A model generated the notes under the pieces. The model did not search any database. It saw only the letters and a list, made by a program, of their open reading frames with translations, and was not told where the DNA came from. This document shows, piece by piece, positions 8,439-17,228 of a stretch of 56,369 nt of DNA. This stretch comes from Methanomassiliicoccales archaeon (GTDB lineage Archaea > Thermoplasmatota > Thermoplasmata > Methanomassiliicoccales > UBA472): the NCBI GenBank assembly GCA_028682915.1, contig JAJRAN010000135.1, positions 1 through 56,369 on the forward strand. Direction: 5' to 3'. Position numbers and translations under genes: made by a program. The first letter of the stretch is position 1, and every line of letters begins with the position of its first letter.

Positions 8439-9359
8439 ATGAGAGATGGACGAGAATTAAGGAAGCTGGTCGAGAGCAAGCGCTTCCTCTTCTTCGGAGG
8501 CAAGGGCGGAGTGGGCAAGACCACCATGGCCGCCGGCACAGCGCTTTGGCTGGCGGACCAGGGATACAATACCCTGATCATCGCCACCGACCCGACAATA
8601 TCGCTCTCCGCCACCTTCGAGCAGCCGATTAGCGAGACGGAGGTCACCCCCATAAAATGCTCCTGCAAGCTCAGCGGGCTGAACATCAACCCCAAGAAGG
8701 CCATGGGCGTGTTCCAGAGCAGGATGACCGGGATGCTGGAGGGTTTCTCGACGCTATTCGGCAGCGAGCTTCTATCGACGCCGTGCACCGAGGAGATCGC
8801 CGCCTTCGATCAGTTCGTGTCGTACATGCAGGACACGGAGCACGACAAGCTGGTGTTCGACACCGCCCCGACAGGTCATTCCCTCAGGGAGCTGAGCATG
8901 CCCTTCGACTGGTCCGGCTATGTATCCAACCAGATCAAGCACCGCCGCGAGCTCTCGGAGGCTTTGGGGTTCGTCTATGATGAGGGAATGATCGAGGACC
9001 TCAAGCTGGAGAAGGAGCGCTATGACAACGCCGTCAAGGGCTTGGCGGACGACACGGTATCTGCTTTCACCATGGTCACTTTGCCAGAGAAGCTTCCGAT
9101 AGAGGAGTCGGCCCGTGCGGTCGAGGACCTGGCCACGTTCGGGATCAAGGTCCCCTCCATGATCGTCAATGAGGTGATACCCCGCAAGGTCCTCGAGGGC
9201 AATTGGTTCTTGGAGAGGAGGAGGGCCACGCAGGATAGATATCTGCTGGAGATAGAGGATAGGTTCAAGAGCCTAATCATCAAGGAGGTCCCGCTCTTGG
9301 AGACCGATGTGTATGGTGTCGAGAACCTGCGCAAGATAGGGGGCCACCTCTATGACTGA
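8439..9359 (+). CDS. arsA: ArsA-family anion-transporting ATPase, single (half-size) domain
   Basis: 306 aa. Deviant Walker A FFGGKGGVGKTT, signature DTAPTGHSLREL, and PCTEEIAAFDQF equivalent to the Cys113 region of E. coli ArsA. Only one nucleotide-binding domain, versus the bacterial pseudo-dimer. Confidence 0.8.
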   Translation: MRDGRELRKLVESKRFLFFGGKGGVGKTTMAAGTALWLADQGYNTLIIATDPTISLSATFEQPISETEVTPIKCSCKLSGLNINPKKAMGVFQSRMTGMLEGFSTLFGSELLSTPCTEEIAAFDQFVSYMQDTEHDKLVFDTAPTGHSLRELSMPFDWSGYVSNQIKHRRELSEALGFVYDEGMIEDLKLEKERYDNAVKGLADDTVSAFTMVTLPEKLPIEESARAVEDLATFGIKVPSMIVNEVIPRKVLEGNWFLERRRATQDRYLLEIEDRFKSLIIKEVPLLETDVYGVENLRKIGGHLYD

Positions 9360-9681
9360 GAAGCTGAGGCTGACCCTGCTTTCCTTCGCCTGCTGCAATC
9401 CCAAGCTGGGGGTGCACGACAAGGCCTACCTCGAGAGGATCAAGGAGGCCCTGGCCAAGGTCGGGGCCGAGGCGGACATCGAGCTGGTGCACGCCACGGA
9501 CGCCATGATGTCCAAGAGGTACGGCTTCATGTCCGAGATCATCCCTCTGTTCGACAAGTATGGCCAGGCCGTGACCCCGGCCTTGTTCGTGGACCACAAG
9601 CTGGAGCTGTATGGCGGCGTCCCGACCGTGGAGAAGCTGATAGAGGTTCTGGGCAAGCACCTCAAGAACGAAGCCGTCTGA
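9352..9681 (+). CDS. arsD: ArsD-like arsenic metallochaperone / thioredoxin-fold protein
   Basis: 109 aa. Vicinal cysteines in LLSFACCNPKLG sit at the position of ArsD Cys12-Cys13, and the overall length and layout are like ArsD. 8-nt overlap with the arsA stop (9352..9359). Confidence 0.6.
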   Translation: MTEKLRLTLLSFACCNPKLGVHDKAYLERIKEALAKVGAEADIELVHATDAMMSKRYGFMSEIIPLFDKYGQAVTPALFVDHKLELYGGVPTVEKLIEVLGKHLKNEAV

Positions 9682-9757
9682 AGGGAGCCAGAAGCTTCCC
9701 GGCCGTCCGGCGCATTCTTGCCAATCCATTTATCGACGTAGAGTTCTAATCGGTCCG

Positions 9758-10567
9758 ATGAGCGAGCGTTTGAAGGAGGACCTCAGGACCAGATGCGAGG
9801 AGCTGGGCATACGCATGATGGGCGTTGCCCCTGTAGAACGTTGGGACACTCCGCCCTTCGACCCCTGGATACCGGAGGAGTTCCGGCCAAGGGCGATCTT
9901 CCCCGAAGCCAGGTCCGTGGTAGTGATCGGACTGCCAATCACCCTACCGGTGCTCGAGACCTCTCCCTCCATTCATTATCACCAGCTATACAAGACAGTG
10001 AACGAGATTCTCGACCAGTCGACCTATTGGATCTCGAACTTCCTCAACGAGCAAGGCCATGCATCGCTCTTCATCCCCAGGGATGGCTACGGTCATATCC
10101 AACTGATGAAGGAGAGGCCTTTGGCCTTCTTCTCGCACCGCCACGCCGCCTATCTGGCTGGGTTGGGCACCTTCGGCCTTAATAACATGATATTGACCAA
10201 GGAATACGGCCCAAGGGTCAGATTCGGCAGCGTGCTCACGAGCGCCGTCATTCCTGGCGACCCGATAATGGCCGAGCAGTTGTGCACAAGATGCCTGCGG
10301 TGCGTGGACATCTGCCCGGTGAGAGCCCTGGGGGATGAGGACTACCCAAGGAGCTTGACCAATAAAACCGATTGCGCCAGCAGGGCCGTGGAACTTGCGG
10401 GCAAGTTTGCTTCCCCTTGCGGCTTCTGCATTAAAGTCTGCCCTATTGGCGATGACCGCAGGCTTTACCATCGGGAGGACCTGGACATCTACGATGAAGA
10501 GGACCCGAAATATAAAGCCCATCACCAGGCTTGGAAGCACACCCGGTCGTACGGATCGAGGAAATAG
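9758..10567 (+). CDS. QueG / reductive-dehalogenase-like protein with two [4Fe-4S] motifs
   Basis: 269 aa. CTRCLRCVDICP (CxxCxxCxxxCP) and CGFCIKVCP ferredoxin motifs. GLGTFGLNNMILTKEYGPRVRFGSVLT resembles the QueG/RdhA core. Confidence 0.6.
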   Translation: MSERLKEDLRTRCEELGIRMMGVAPVERWDTPPFDPWIPEEFRPRAIFPEARSVVVIGLPITLPVLETSPSIHYHQLYKTVNEILDQSTYWISNFLNEQGHASLFIPRDGYGHIQLMKERPLAFFSHRHAAYLAGLGTFGLNNMILTKEYGPRVRFGSVLTSAVIPGDPIMAEQLCTRCLRCVDICPVRALGDEDYPRSLTNKTDCASRAVELAGKFASPCGFCIKVCPIGDDRRLYHREDLDIYDEEDPKYKAHHQAWKHTRSYGSRK

Positions 10568-10615
10568 ACCCGAATGAAGGGTCGGACTTCCTGGGCTTTG
10601 GGAATGTAAAATCGC

Positions 10616-10843
10616 CTAAGGCAGCTCCGTCTTGGCCAGGAAGTAGGAGACGGCCATGTTCTTCCTCTTCACCTTCACGACTCCCTTCTTCTCCAGCTCC
10701 TGCAATGCGTTCATGCATTGGGCCTTCGGCAACTTCGACAGGGCGGTGACCTTCTCAGCGCTGAGCGCCTTCTCCTCGCCAATAACAGCAGCCAGTTTCA
10801 TCGCGTTGAATAATTTCTCAGCTTGAGGTGTGACATTAGCCAT
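10616..10843 (-). CDS. Small winged-helix DNA-binding protein (putative regulator)
   Basis: 75 aa. LSAEKVTALSKLPKAQCMNALQELEKKGVVKVKRK has an HTH plus wing pattern. Divergently arranged from arsC. Confidence 0.45.
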   Translation of the reverse strand: MANVTPQAEKLFNAMKLAAVIGEEKALSAEKVTALSKLPKAQCMNALQELEKKGVVKVKRKNMAVSYFLAKTELP

Positions 10844-10963
10844 ATTACTGGAAGAAAGTTAGCCAGTGCATATAACTATCGGTCTAGAGCCGGTGAGATG
10901 GGACGTGAGACACAAAGCAAACCAAATGCAACTTGGTTACATCATTTTGCCCTCTCTGAGCAG

Positions 10964-10977
10964 CGATAGATTTATCG
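10964..10977 (+). promoter_or_regulatory. TATA-like box embedded in a short palindrome upstream of arsC
   Basis: CGATA-GATT-TATCG at 10964..10977, ~37 nt upstream of the GTG start at 11014. A second inverted repeat, AACCAA-N7-TTGGTT, lies at 10920..10938. Confidence 0.3.
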
Positions 10978-11013
10978 GCCAATCCATAACTACTGGCATG
11001 GAACTGATGTGCT

Positions 11014-11430
11014 GTGCCCGATAAGAAAAGCATACTATTCATTTGCACACACAACGCCGCCCGATCACAGATGGCAGAGGGGCTGGTGAATCAGATTCTC
11101 GCAGAAAGCTATGTCGCTCAGAGCGCTGGCACGAAGCCCAGTCGCGTACACCCCCTGGCCATCGAAGCCATGGCAGAGGTCGGTATCGACATCTCGAAGC
11201 AAAGGTCGAAGCGACTGGACGAACTCATGGGATATGATTTCGACGTTGTGGTCACCCTTTGCGCCGATGCTGAGGAAATTTGCCCTTTCTTCCCCGGAAA
11301 AGAGCATATGCACCAAGGTTTCCAAGACCCAGCATCAATCGATGGCGATCATGATGAGGTGCTGGCCGTGTTCCGAAGAGTTCGCGATGAGATCCGAGGG
11401 TGGATCGAGGTAACATTCGGCCCTAGGTGA
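11014..11430 (+). CDS. arsC: Arsenate reductase, LMW-PTP (thioredoxin-coupled) type
   Basis: 138 aa with a GTG start. P-loop ILFICTHNAARSQMAEG (CX5R-S) plus downstream Cys in VVTLCADAEEICP, as in Staphylococcus/Bacillus-type ArsC. Confidence 0.85.
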   Translation: MPDKKSILFICTHNAARSQMAEGLVNQILAESYVAQSAGTKPSRVHPLAIEAMAEVGIDISKQRSKRLDELMGYDFDVVVTLCADAEEICPFFPGKEHMHQGFQDPASIDGDHDEVLAVFRRVRDEIRGWIEVTFGPR

Positions 11431-11592
11431 GTCTCTGAGCTCGATCCCATGGCATCCCCCGAGAATGGGATAGATGAAGAAGGGGGATCAGCGGAGGAAT
11501 CTTAGACTCTCGCAGACCGCTCGCTTGGAGGATTTGGAACGGTCGCGTTTTGCCCGAAATGCTGCCCATCGTATTCGAGATGCCTCAGGGGA

Positions 11593-12198
11593 TCATCTGA
11601 ACTTGGGAAGGCAACGACCTGTCTCGAGCGAGTAGGTGTGATACTCGCTTCCGAACTTCTCCCGCATCATCTTCTCTTCCTGAGGTACGCGCACGAAATA
11701 GAATACCGCGAAAACGGCGAGGAATATCAGGCCAACAATTGCGTTCTGGATTAGGAGGGGTGTGGCGAAGGCATACAGCCAAAGCGAGGCGTACATGGGA
11801 TGGCGGATACGCCGATAGACCCCGTTCCTGACCAATGTGTGCTCACCTGCGATATGCGGGGTGAGGGCGAAGTTGGTGCCCAGGTCGGAATGGGACCTCC
11901 ATAGCAGGTAGACGGACAGCACCATCAGGGCGGCGCCTATCCAGGCTAGCTGATCGGGCAAGTGGTAGTTGGCGAAATCGACCCAAGGGGTCAGGATGTA
12001 TGCCAAAGGGATGACCATGCTCACCGCGATCATCACCACCAGGAAGCGGTCAAGGGGGGAGCTCTTGCCCACCTCCCTTTCCTCGATCCCCATCATGAAG
12101 AACACGCGAATGTACAGCGAGGCCGCCGCGCAGATCACGTAGATGAGGGAAAATACGCTGATATTCATTCCGTTCCTCTGGGAATGCGCCTTAGGCAT
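11593..12198 (-). CDS. Isoprenylcysteine carboxyl methyltransferase (ICMT/PEMT) family membrane methyltransferase
   Basis: 201 aa, multi-pass membrane protein. The C-terminal block LVRNGVYRRIRHPMYASLWLY is diagnostic of the ICMT/PEMT family. A TATA-like TTATATA lies immediately upstream of 12198, so the true start may be MNISVF at 12168. Confidence 0.7.
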   Translation of the reverse strand: MPKAHSQRNGMNISVFSLIYVICAAASLYIRVFFMMGIEEREVGKSSPLDRFLVVMIAVSMVIPLAYILTPWVDFANYHLPDQLAWIGAALMVLSVYLLWRSHSDLGTNFALTPHIAGEHTLVRNGVYRRIRHPMYASLWLYAFATPLLIQNAIVGLIFLAVFAVFYFVRVPQEEKMMREKFGSEYHTYSLETGRCLPKFR

Positions 12199-12367
12199 TC
12201 AGGCTATATAATGGCCTCTTGCTCATTGACAATTCCCGCGAAGCACCAGAGGACGGATCTCAGCGCCTTGTCCTTGGTGCTTCTCTTTGTTAGGTTGTTC
12301 CATCACCGTCGGTCGCTTATGTCCTACCTGTTAGGTTAGATGCTTCTGGTGACAAGTGGAACGGGAG

Positions 12368-12442
12368 CGGGCCCGTGGGGATTTGAACCCCAGTCTTTGG
12401 CTTCGAAGGCCAAAAGGATAATCCAGACTACCCTACGGGCCC
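12368..12442 (-). tRNA. tRNA-Arg (anticodon TCG)
   Basis: Reverse complement GGGCCCG-TA-GGGT...; acceptor GGGCCCG/CGGGCCC; anticodon arm TTGGC-CTTCGAA-GCCAA; T-arm TGGGG-TTCAAAT-CCCCA; discriminator G. No CCA encoded and no intron. Confidence 0.85.
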
Positions 12443-12562
12443 GAGTAATCCTGGTTATGCGGCTTTCCCAGATAAGCCTTTGTCCCGTTGAAGGGAGCGC
12501 CTTGCGCTCAATCGGATGACTTTGGATAAGGATTAAAGGGCGAGGTGCGCAATCGCCGGGTC

Positions 12563-13609
12563 ATGAAGCGGGTCACGATGGGGCACGGCGCAGGCGGGGA
12601 GATGATGCAGGAGCTCATTCACTCCCACATCATTCCCTTCCTGCCGCAGGTCAATGGCGAGGTGCCATTGCAATCCTTCGATGACTCAGCGGTCGTTGAC
12701 GGCATAGTCTTCACGACCGATGGCCACACTGTCAAGCCCCTATTCTTTCCCGGAGGGGATATAGGGTCCTTGAGCGTGTGCGGAACGGTGAACGACATCT
12801 CCGTTATGGGCGGTCAACCGCTGGCGATATCCTGCTCCATGATACTTGAAGAAGGCTTGGAGATCGAGGTGCTTGAGAAGGTCGCCAAGAGCATCGGCGA
12901 CACGTCCAGGTTATGCGGCGTCCCGGTGGTCACCGGCGACACCAAGGTCATGGAGTCGGGCAAAATAGAGAGAATGGTGATCTCCACCTCTGGAATCGGA
13001 CGGAGGAGCCCGTTCTTAGACCACGACTTGAAGATCGCATCTTCTTATCGCAAGGTAGATTCCAGATGGATGACCGATGACAATCTAAGGGAGGGCGACA
13101 TGCTGATCGTCACGGGGACGGTCGGCGACCACGGAATCGCCCTTCTGTCCTTCAGGGAGGGTTACGGTTTTGAGAGCCAGGTCCAGAGCGATATCGCCCC
13201 GATGAACCATCTGGTGGAGCGTATCCTGCAGGTAGGCGGAGCGGTTTGCATGAAGGACCCGACCAGGGGGGGCCTCGCCAATGCTGTCAACGAATGGGCA
13301 TCCAAATCCAAGGTCGGAATCGAGGTGGAGGAGAGCGCCATACCCATCTCTGACCCGGTCCACAACGCTTGCGAGCTTCTTGGGCTCGACCCCTTGACCA
13401 TCGGGAACGAGGGAAAGATGATCGTTGGCGTGGTCCCAGAGATGGCAGAGGAGGTCCTCAAGGCCATCCGCCATGACCGATATGGGAAGGACGCGGCCAT
13501 CATAGGGAGAGCCACGTCGAAGGTCAAGGGCGTGGTCCTTCGCACCGAGGTCGGAGGCAAGAGGATACTCGAGCCTCCGGTCGGGGATCCAGTCCCTCGT
13601 ATCTGCTGA
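12563..13609 (+). CDS. hypE: Hydrogenase maturation protein HypE (carbamoyl dehydratase)
   Basis: Starts MKRVTMGHGAGGEMMQELI (the track ORF begins at GTG 12545). PurM-like fold motifs are present. Ends with the invariant HypE C-terminus PRIC. Confidence 0.9.
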   Translation: MKRVTMGHGAGGEMMQELIHSHIIPFLPQVNGEVPLQSFDDSAVVDGIVFTTDGHTVKPLFFPGGDIGSLSVCGTVNDISVMGGQPLAISCSMILEEGLEIEVLEKVAKSIGDTSRLCGVPVVTGDTKVMESGKIERMVISTSGIGRRSPFLDHDLKIASSYRKVDSRWMTDDNLREGDMLIVTGTVGDHGIALLSFREGYGFESQVQSDIAPMNHLVERILQVGGAVCMKDPTRGGLANAVNEWASKSKVGIEVEESAIPISDPVHNACELLGLDPLTIGNEGKMIVGVVPEMAEEVLKAIRHDRYGKDAAIIGRATSKVKGVVLRTEVGGKRILEPPVGDPVPRIC

Positions 13610-14218
13610 TCAAACCAGCTTCTCTATGTAGAAGCAGATGACGAAGGCGATCGCGCCTATGATTGCCATCCTCGCTCCCTGGACCCAGGGATTGCGTCCG
13701 CCGGAGCGGCCCATGAGAACCCCCGTGATGAAAAGGACTCCGATGGCCAAAGCGATCGCGATCCAGGCGGCAGTGGTGATATCTGCGTGCAATAATACGA
13801 ATGGGCTGAGTATGACCAAGCCCACCAGTAAGGGAGCCATGAAGATCACCAAGGAGATGAGCAGCATGCTGGACCTCGCCGACCTGCCGATGTGTGTGTC
13901 ATCCAAGGGACGAAGCATCGCTTTCTCGATCTCGTCGATGCGCTTGCTCTGCTCCAGATTCTCGGCCTCGTAAGTACTGACGCCTGTCGATATGCCTAAA
14001 GCGACGGAGCTCGTCAATATGGTGACGACGGTCAACCTCGTGTTGGGGTCGCCTGAGAAGGCGGACCCGATTATGATGCCGAGCATAACGAAGGTGGAGT
14101 CGAATACCGTGTTCACTAAATACCTGCGGATGGTCGGCCACGTGCCCGGCGTGCTCAACGCTGCTTTGATGCCTTCGGAAATCCTGCTGCGAACCATCGT
14201 CGTAGACCGGGATAGCAA
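13610..14218 (-). CDS. VIT1/CCC1-family-like membrane protein (putative Fe/Mn transporter)
   Basis: 202 aa with 5 hydrophobic helices. An acidic amphipathic loop YEAENLEQSKRIDEIEKAM sits between helices 2 and 3, as in VIT-family proteins. Its stop codon abuts the hypE stop (13609/13610). Confidence 0.5.
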   Translation of the reverse strand: MLSRSTTMVRSRISEGIKAALSTPGTWPTIRRYLVNTVFDSTFVMLGIIIGSAFSGDPNTRLTVVTILTSSVALGISTGVSTYEAENLEQSKRIDEIEKAMLRPLDDTHIGRSARSSMLLISLVIFMAPLLVGLVILSPFVLLHADITTAAWIAIALAIGVLFITGVLMGRSGGRNPWVQGARMAIIGAIAFVICFYIEKLV

Positions 14219-14478
14219 ACACGCGATGCAGGTATTCTATCGTTTCGGTGCCTCCCGGGATATTCGCGAGACCGCAAAAATGCTGGAACGGTCGACAATC
14301 GGGGGCAGCCCGTTTCCTTCAATGATAAATGCCTATTTTTTAGACAATCCAGTAAAGCCAGAAAATTGCACAATTTATAAATAGTCAGCGACTGAATAAT
14401 TGCCCTTACGAGTGTGGACGTCACTAGAGGGTTAATTCTATCGTTAGCCCAGGTGGCGGAATGTAAAGGAGGGGCAAG

Positions 14479-17145
14479 ATGCTTAGAAGTACAGCTAAGA
14501 TTCTCAGCATAGCGATTGTGCTAGCAATGGTGCTGGGTGCGTTCGCCGTCGTAGCGCCGGCATTGAGCGCGCCTACTACACCAGCGGCTACGGATGTGGC
14601 GAATATCGCCGATCCCGAGCCAATGTATGCGGGAGAGGAATACAGGAACCAGAACCTTGACTACAGTGCCATGGCCCAAGACCTTGATTCGGTCAGCGGG
14701 AATGCCCTGGCAGCTCCTGGCAATAATTATGCGAATGGTTCGATTGCCAGGTACTACGTGGGCAGCTACGGCAAGTGGGCTTATAACGAGACGGGCGCCA
14801 CTGGCTATATGCAGTTCGAAAAGATGGCGGAGACCACGCACTGCGAGCTTTGGGTCGCGACCGACCTGACGTTCCCTGTGGGAGACCCACGCAATGCTCT
14901 GACCCAGCAATTGACCGTCAACGTCTCACAGGCCCAATATATGGCCAAGCACTTCGAAACTGTGGTCTATCCGAATATGACCGCGTTTTACGGAGCTCCA
15001 CCTCAGATCGATGGAGAGAACTCTTGGTTCAAGGCCCAAGGCAGGCCCTACTTCGGGACGAATGTCACCGGAAGGGTCATGATCATGGCCTTCAACATCG
15101 TCGATGAGTCTTTCTGGGACTCGAGCTACCCGAGCTACATCGTCGGTTACTTCTCGCCTGACATGGATGGCCTGTACGACAGGAACATCATCCATATGGA
15201 TATCTGGGACTGGCAGAACAGGACCACTGGCTCATCTGCAAGGCCGTGGGTATACGAATCCACCTTGGCCCATGAGTACCAGCACCTGCTTAACAACTTC
15301 TTCAACCCTGACCAGATTTCCTTCGTCAACGAAGGTTGCTCCATGTATGCCGAGGTAGTATGCGGATACGGCATCGACATGAGCTACGTCAACCGGTTCT
15401 TCTACACCCCGGACAACTCACTAGTTGACTGGGGCGACCAAGGGCAGATCAATATCCTTGCCGACTATGGAGCGGCGGCATTGTTCACCGCCTGGCTAGC
15501 AGACCACTTCGGACCGGAGATGGTCCAGGCCATGGTCCATAGCGAAGGCACAACGGGAATCGACTCCGTCAACTTTGCCTTCGGGGAGATTGGTGCCACT
15601 GGATGGGACTTCAACAAGGCCTTCATTTATTGGCGCTTGGCCAACCTCATCCTGAGCGACACGCCTGGCAATGGATGGTTCAACTATAAGTCCGTGGACG
15701 CCGCCTCGAACTCCGTGGGCGGGCCGAGAGTGTATGACTGGTATCCGTATTGGGACGGGCCGGTCTGGTCCGGCGGGATGGACTTCGGAACCACCGCTAC
15801 CTACGATGGCTATACCACTGGCATACGCAACCTGGGGGCCTATGGTACTGACTACATCTACATCGATGGAGCGGACGATAACTATTGGTCAGAGGGCTTT
15901 AACCCAGAGGAGCTCAAGTTCGTCTTCGCTGGCGATGCCATGAGCTCGAAGGGCTGGCAAATGGCCCAGGTTCCAGAAGGCACCGGCGACCTGATTTGGG
16001 GCGAGAACTTCAACAGCGGGAGCTGGGGCAACTGGATACCGATGAGCGTGGGATCAATCGCTGGTGGCGGCCCATGGAGCTTGGTAAACGCTGGCGGCGG
16101 GGACTACTACGCAGCAGTTGATGGTTGGGCTTCAGGCGACCCGTTCGACGCGAACGTGTACCAGTACGAACGGTTGTACTATTGGGCCTATATCGACCTC
16201 TGGGACTACAACAAGGCCACGCTGACCTTCGATATGGACTTCAAGATGGGTAGCGACTATGATTACGGCAGGGTTCGCTACTCTGTGGATGGAGGTAGCG
16301 TATTCCAGACCTTGGGTCTGTGGTATGATGACTTCAGTGGGACCTATACCATCGATGTCTCCGACCTGACAGGTTTCAACGTTATCCTGAGATGGGACTA
16401 TCTGACCTGGGGCGGAGATGAATTTGGGGACCCCGGCCACATGTACATCGATAACGTGGCCATCAACGAAGTCACCACAACCACTGGCTGGTGGTCCGAC
16501 AAGGGCGACCTGGTCGACTACAGCCTGATGACCACGCTGGACCTGACCGGAATGGAGACGGCCGTCCTTAACCTGAACACCGCTTGGGACATCGAGCCCT
16601 ATTGGGACTTCGGATTCGTCCAGGTATCCACCGATGGCGAGAACTGGACCTCCGTAGCGAACGAGTACACGACCTCGGACCATGATGGCTCAGCAATGGA
16701 CACGATCGTCGAGAACCTGCCTGGTATAACCGGCAGCTCTGGCGGTTACGTGATGTCCAGCTATGACCTGAGCGAGTGGGCGGGACAGGTTGTGCAGGTA
16801 AGGCTAAGGTACATGACCGACTGGGGCACCAGCCTCGGTGGATGGTTTGTGAAGGGCGCGGACCTCAATGGAGAGGAGATCGCCATGGACGCATGGACGT
16901 CTAGCACCCCGGCGGAGACCAACCACTGGCTAGTGACGCTGTACTTCCCTGGTGCGACTGGCATGGACAGCGGAGTCTACATGCTGCCCATCATGACCAC
17001 CCTAACATTGGACGAGGTCAGCCAGACGGTCCTGCGAACCTTAACCAGCTTCACCGAGTACCCTGAGATGTATGTCATCATCAGCCCGATGATCGGGAAC
17101 GCTGACTACATGTTCGGGTTCGGCAACGAATGGGTTTGGGACTAA
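14479..17145 (+). CDS. Secreted zinc metalloprotease with InhA(M6)-like C-terminal jelly-roll domains
   Basis: 888 aa. AGGAGG lies upstream. Signal peptide ILSIAIVLAMVLGAFAVVAPALSA. Zinc site TLAHEYQHLLNNFFNPDQISFVNEGCSMYAE (HExxH...NEG). Two C-terminal modules (YGRVRYSVDGGSVFQTL and FGFVQVSTDGENWTSV) resemble immune-inhibitor-A MAM-like domains. Confidence 0.7.
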   Translation: MLRSTAKILSIAIVLAMVLGAFAVVAPALSAPTTPAATDVANIADPEPMYAGEEYRNQNLDYSAMAQDLDSVSGNALAAPGNNYANGSIARYYVGSYGKWAYNETGATGYMQFEKMAETTHCELWVATDLTFPVGDPRNALTQQLTVNVSQAQYMAKHFETVVYPNMTAFYGAPPQIDGENSWFKAQGRPYFGTNVTGRVMIMAFNIVDESFWDSSYPSYIVGYFSPDMDGLYDRNIIHMDIWDWQNRTTGSSARPWVYESTLAHEYQHLLNNFFNPDQISFVNEGCSMYAEVVCGYGIDMSYVNRFFYTPDNSLVDWGDQGQINILADYGAAALFTAWLADHFGPEMVQAMVHSEGTTGIDSVNFAFGEIGATGWDFNKAFIYWRLANLILSDTPGNGWFNYKSVDAASNSVGGPRVYDWYPYWDGPVWSGGMDFGTTATYDGYTTGIRNLGAYGTDYIYIDGADDNYWSEGFNPEELKFVFAGDAMSSKGWQMAQVPEGTGDLIWGENFNSGSWGNWIPMSVGSIAGGGPWSLVNAGGGDYYAAVDGWASGDPFDANVYQYERLYYWAYIDLWDYNKATLTFDMDFKMGSDYDYGRVRYSVDGGSVFQTLGLWYDDFSGTYTIDVSDLTGFNVILRWDYLTWGGDEFGDPGHMYIDNVAINEVTTTTGWWSDKGDLVDYSLMTTLDLTGMETAVLNLNTAWDIEPYWDFGFVQVSTDGENWTSVANEYTTSDHDGSAMDTIVENLPGITGSSGGYVMSSYDLSEWAGQVVQVRLRYMTDWGTSLGGWFVKGADLNGEEIAMDAWTSSTPAETNHWLVTLYFPGATGMDSGVYMLPIMTTLTLDEVSQTVLRTLTSFTEYPEMYVIISPMIGNADYMFGFGNEWVWD

Positions 17146-17205
17146 ACGCAAAAAACCCTTTTCCCTTTTATCTTTTATTTTTTCTTTTCTTGCTTATGTT
17201 TTAAT
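17146..17205 (+). terminator. Oligo-T rich terminator region after the metalloprotease gene
   Basis: CCCTTTTCCCTTTTATCTTTTATTTTTTCTTTTCTTGC lies immediately after the stop at 17145. Archaeal termination typically occurs at oligo-T tracts. Confidence 0.4.
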
Positions 17206-17228
17206 ATGAACTAGATACTCTGGGGAGC

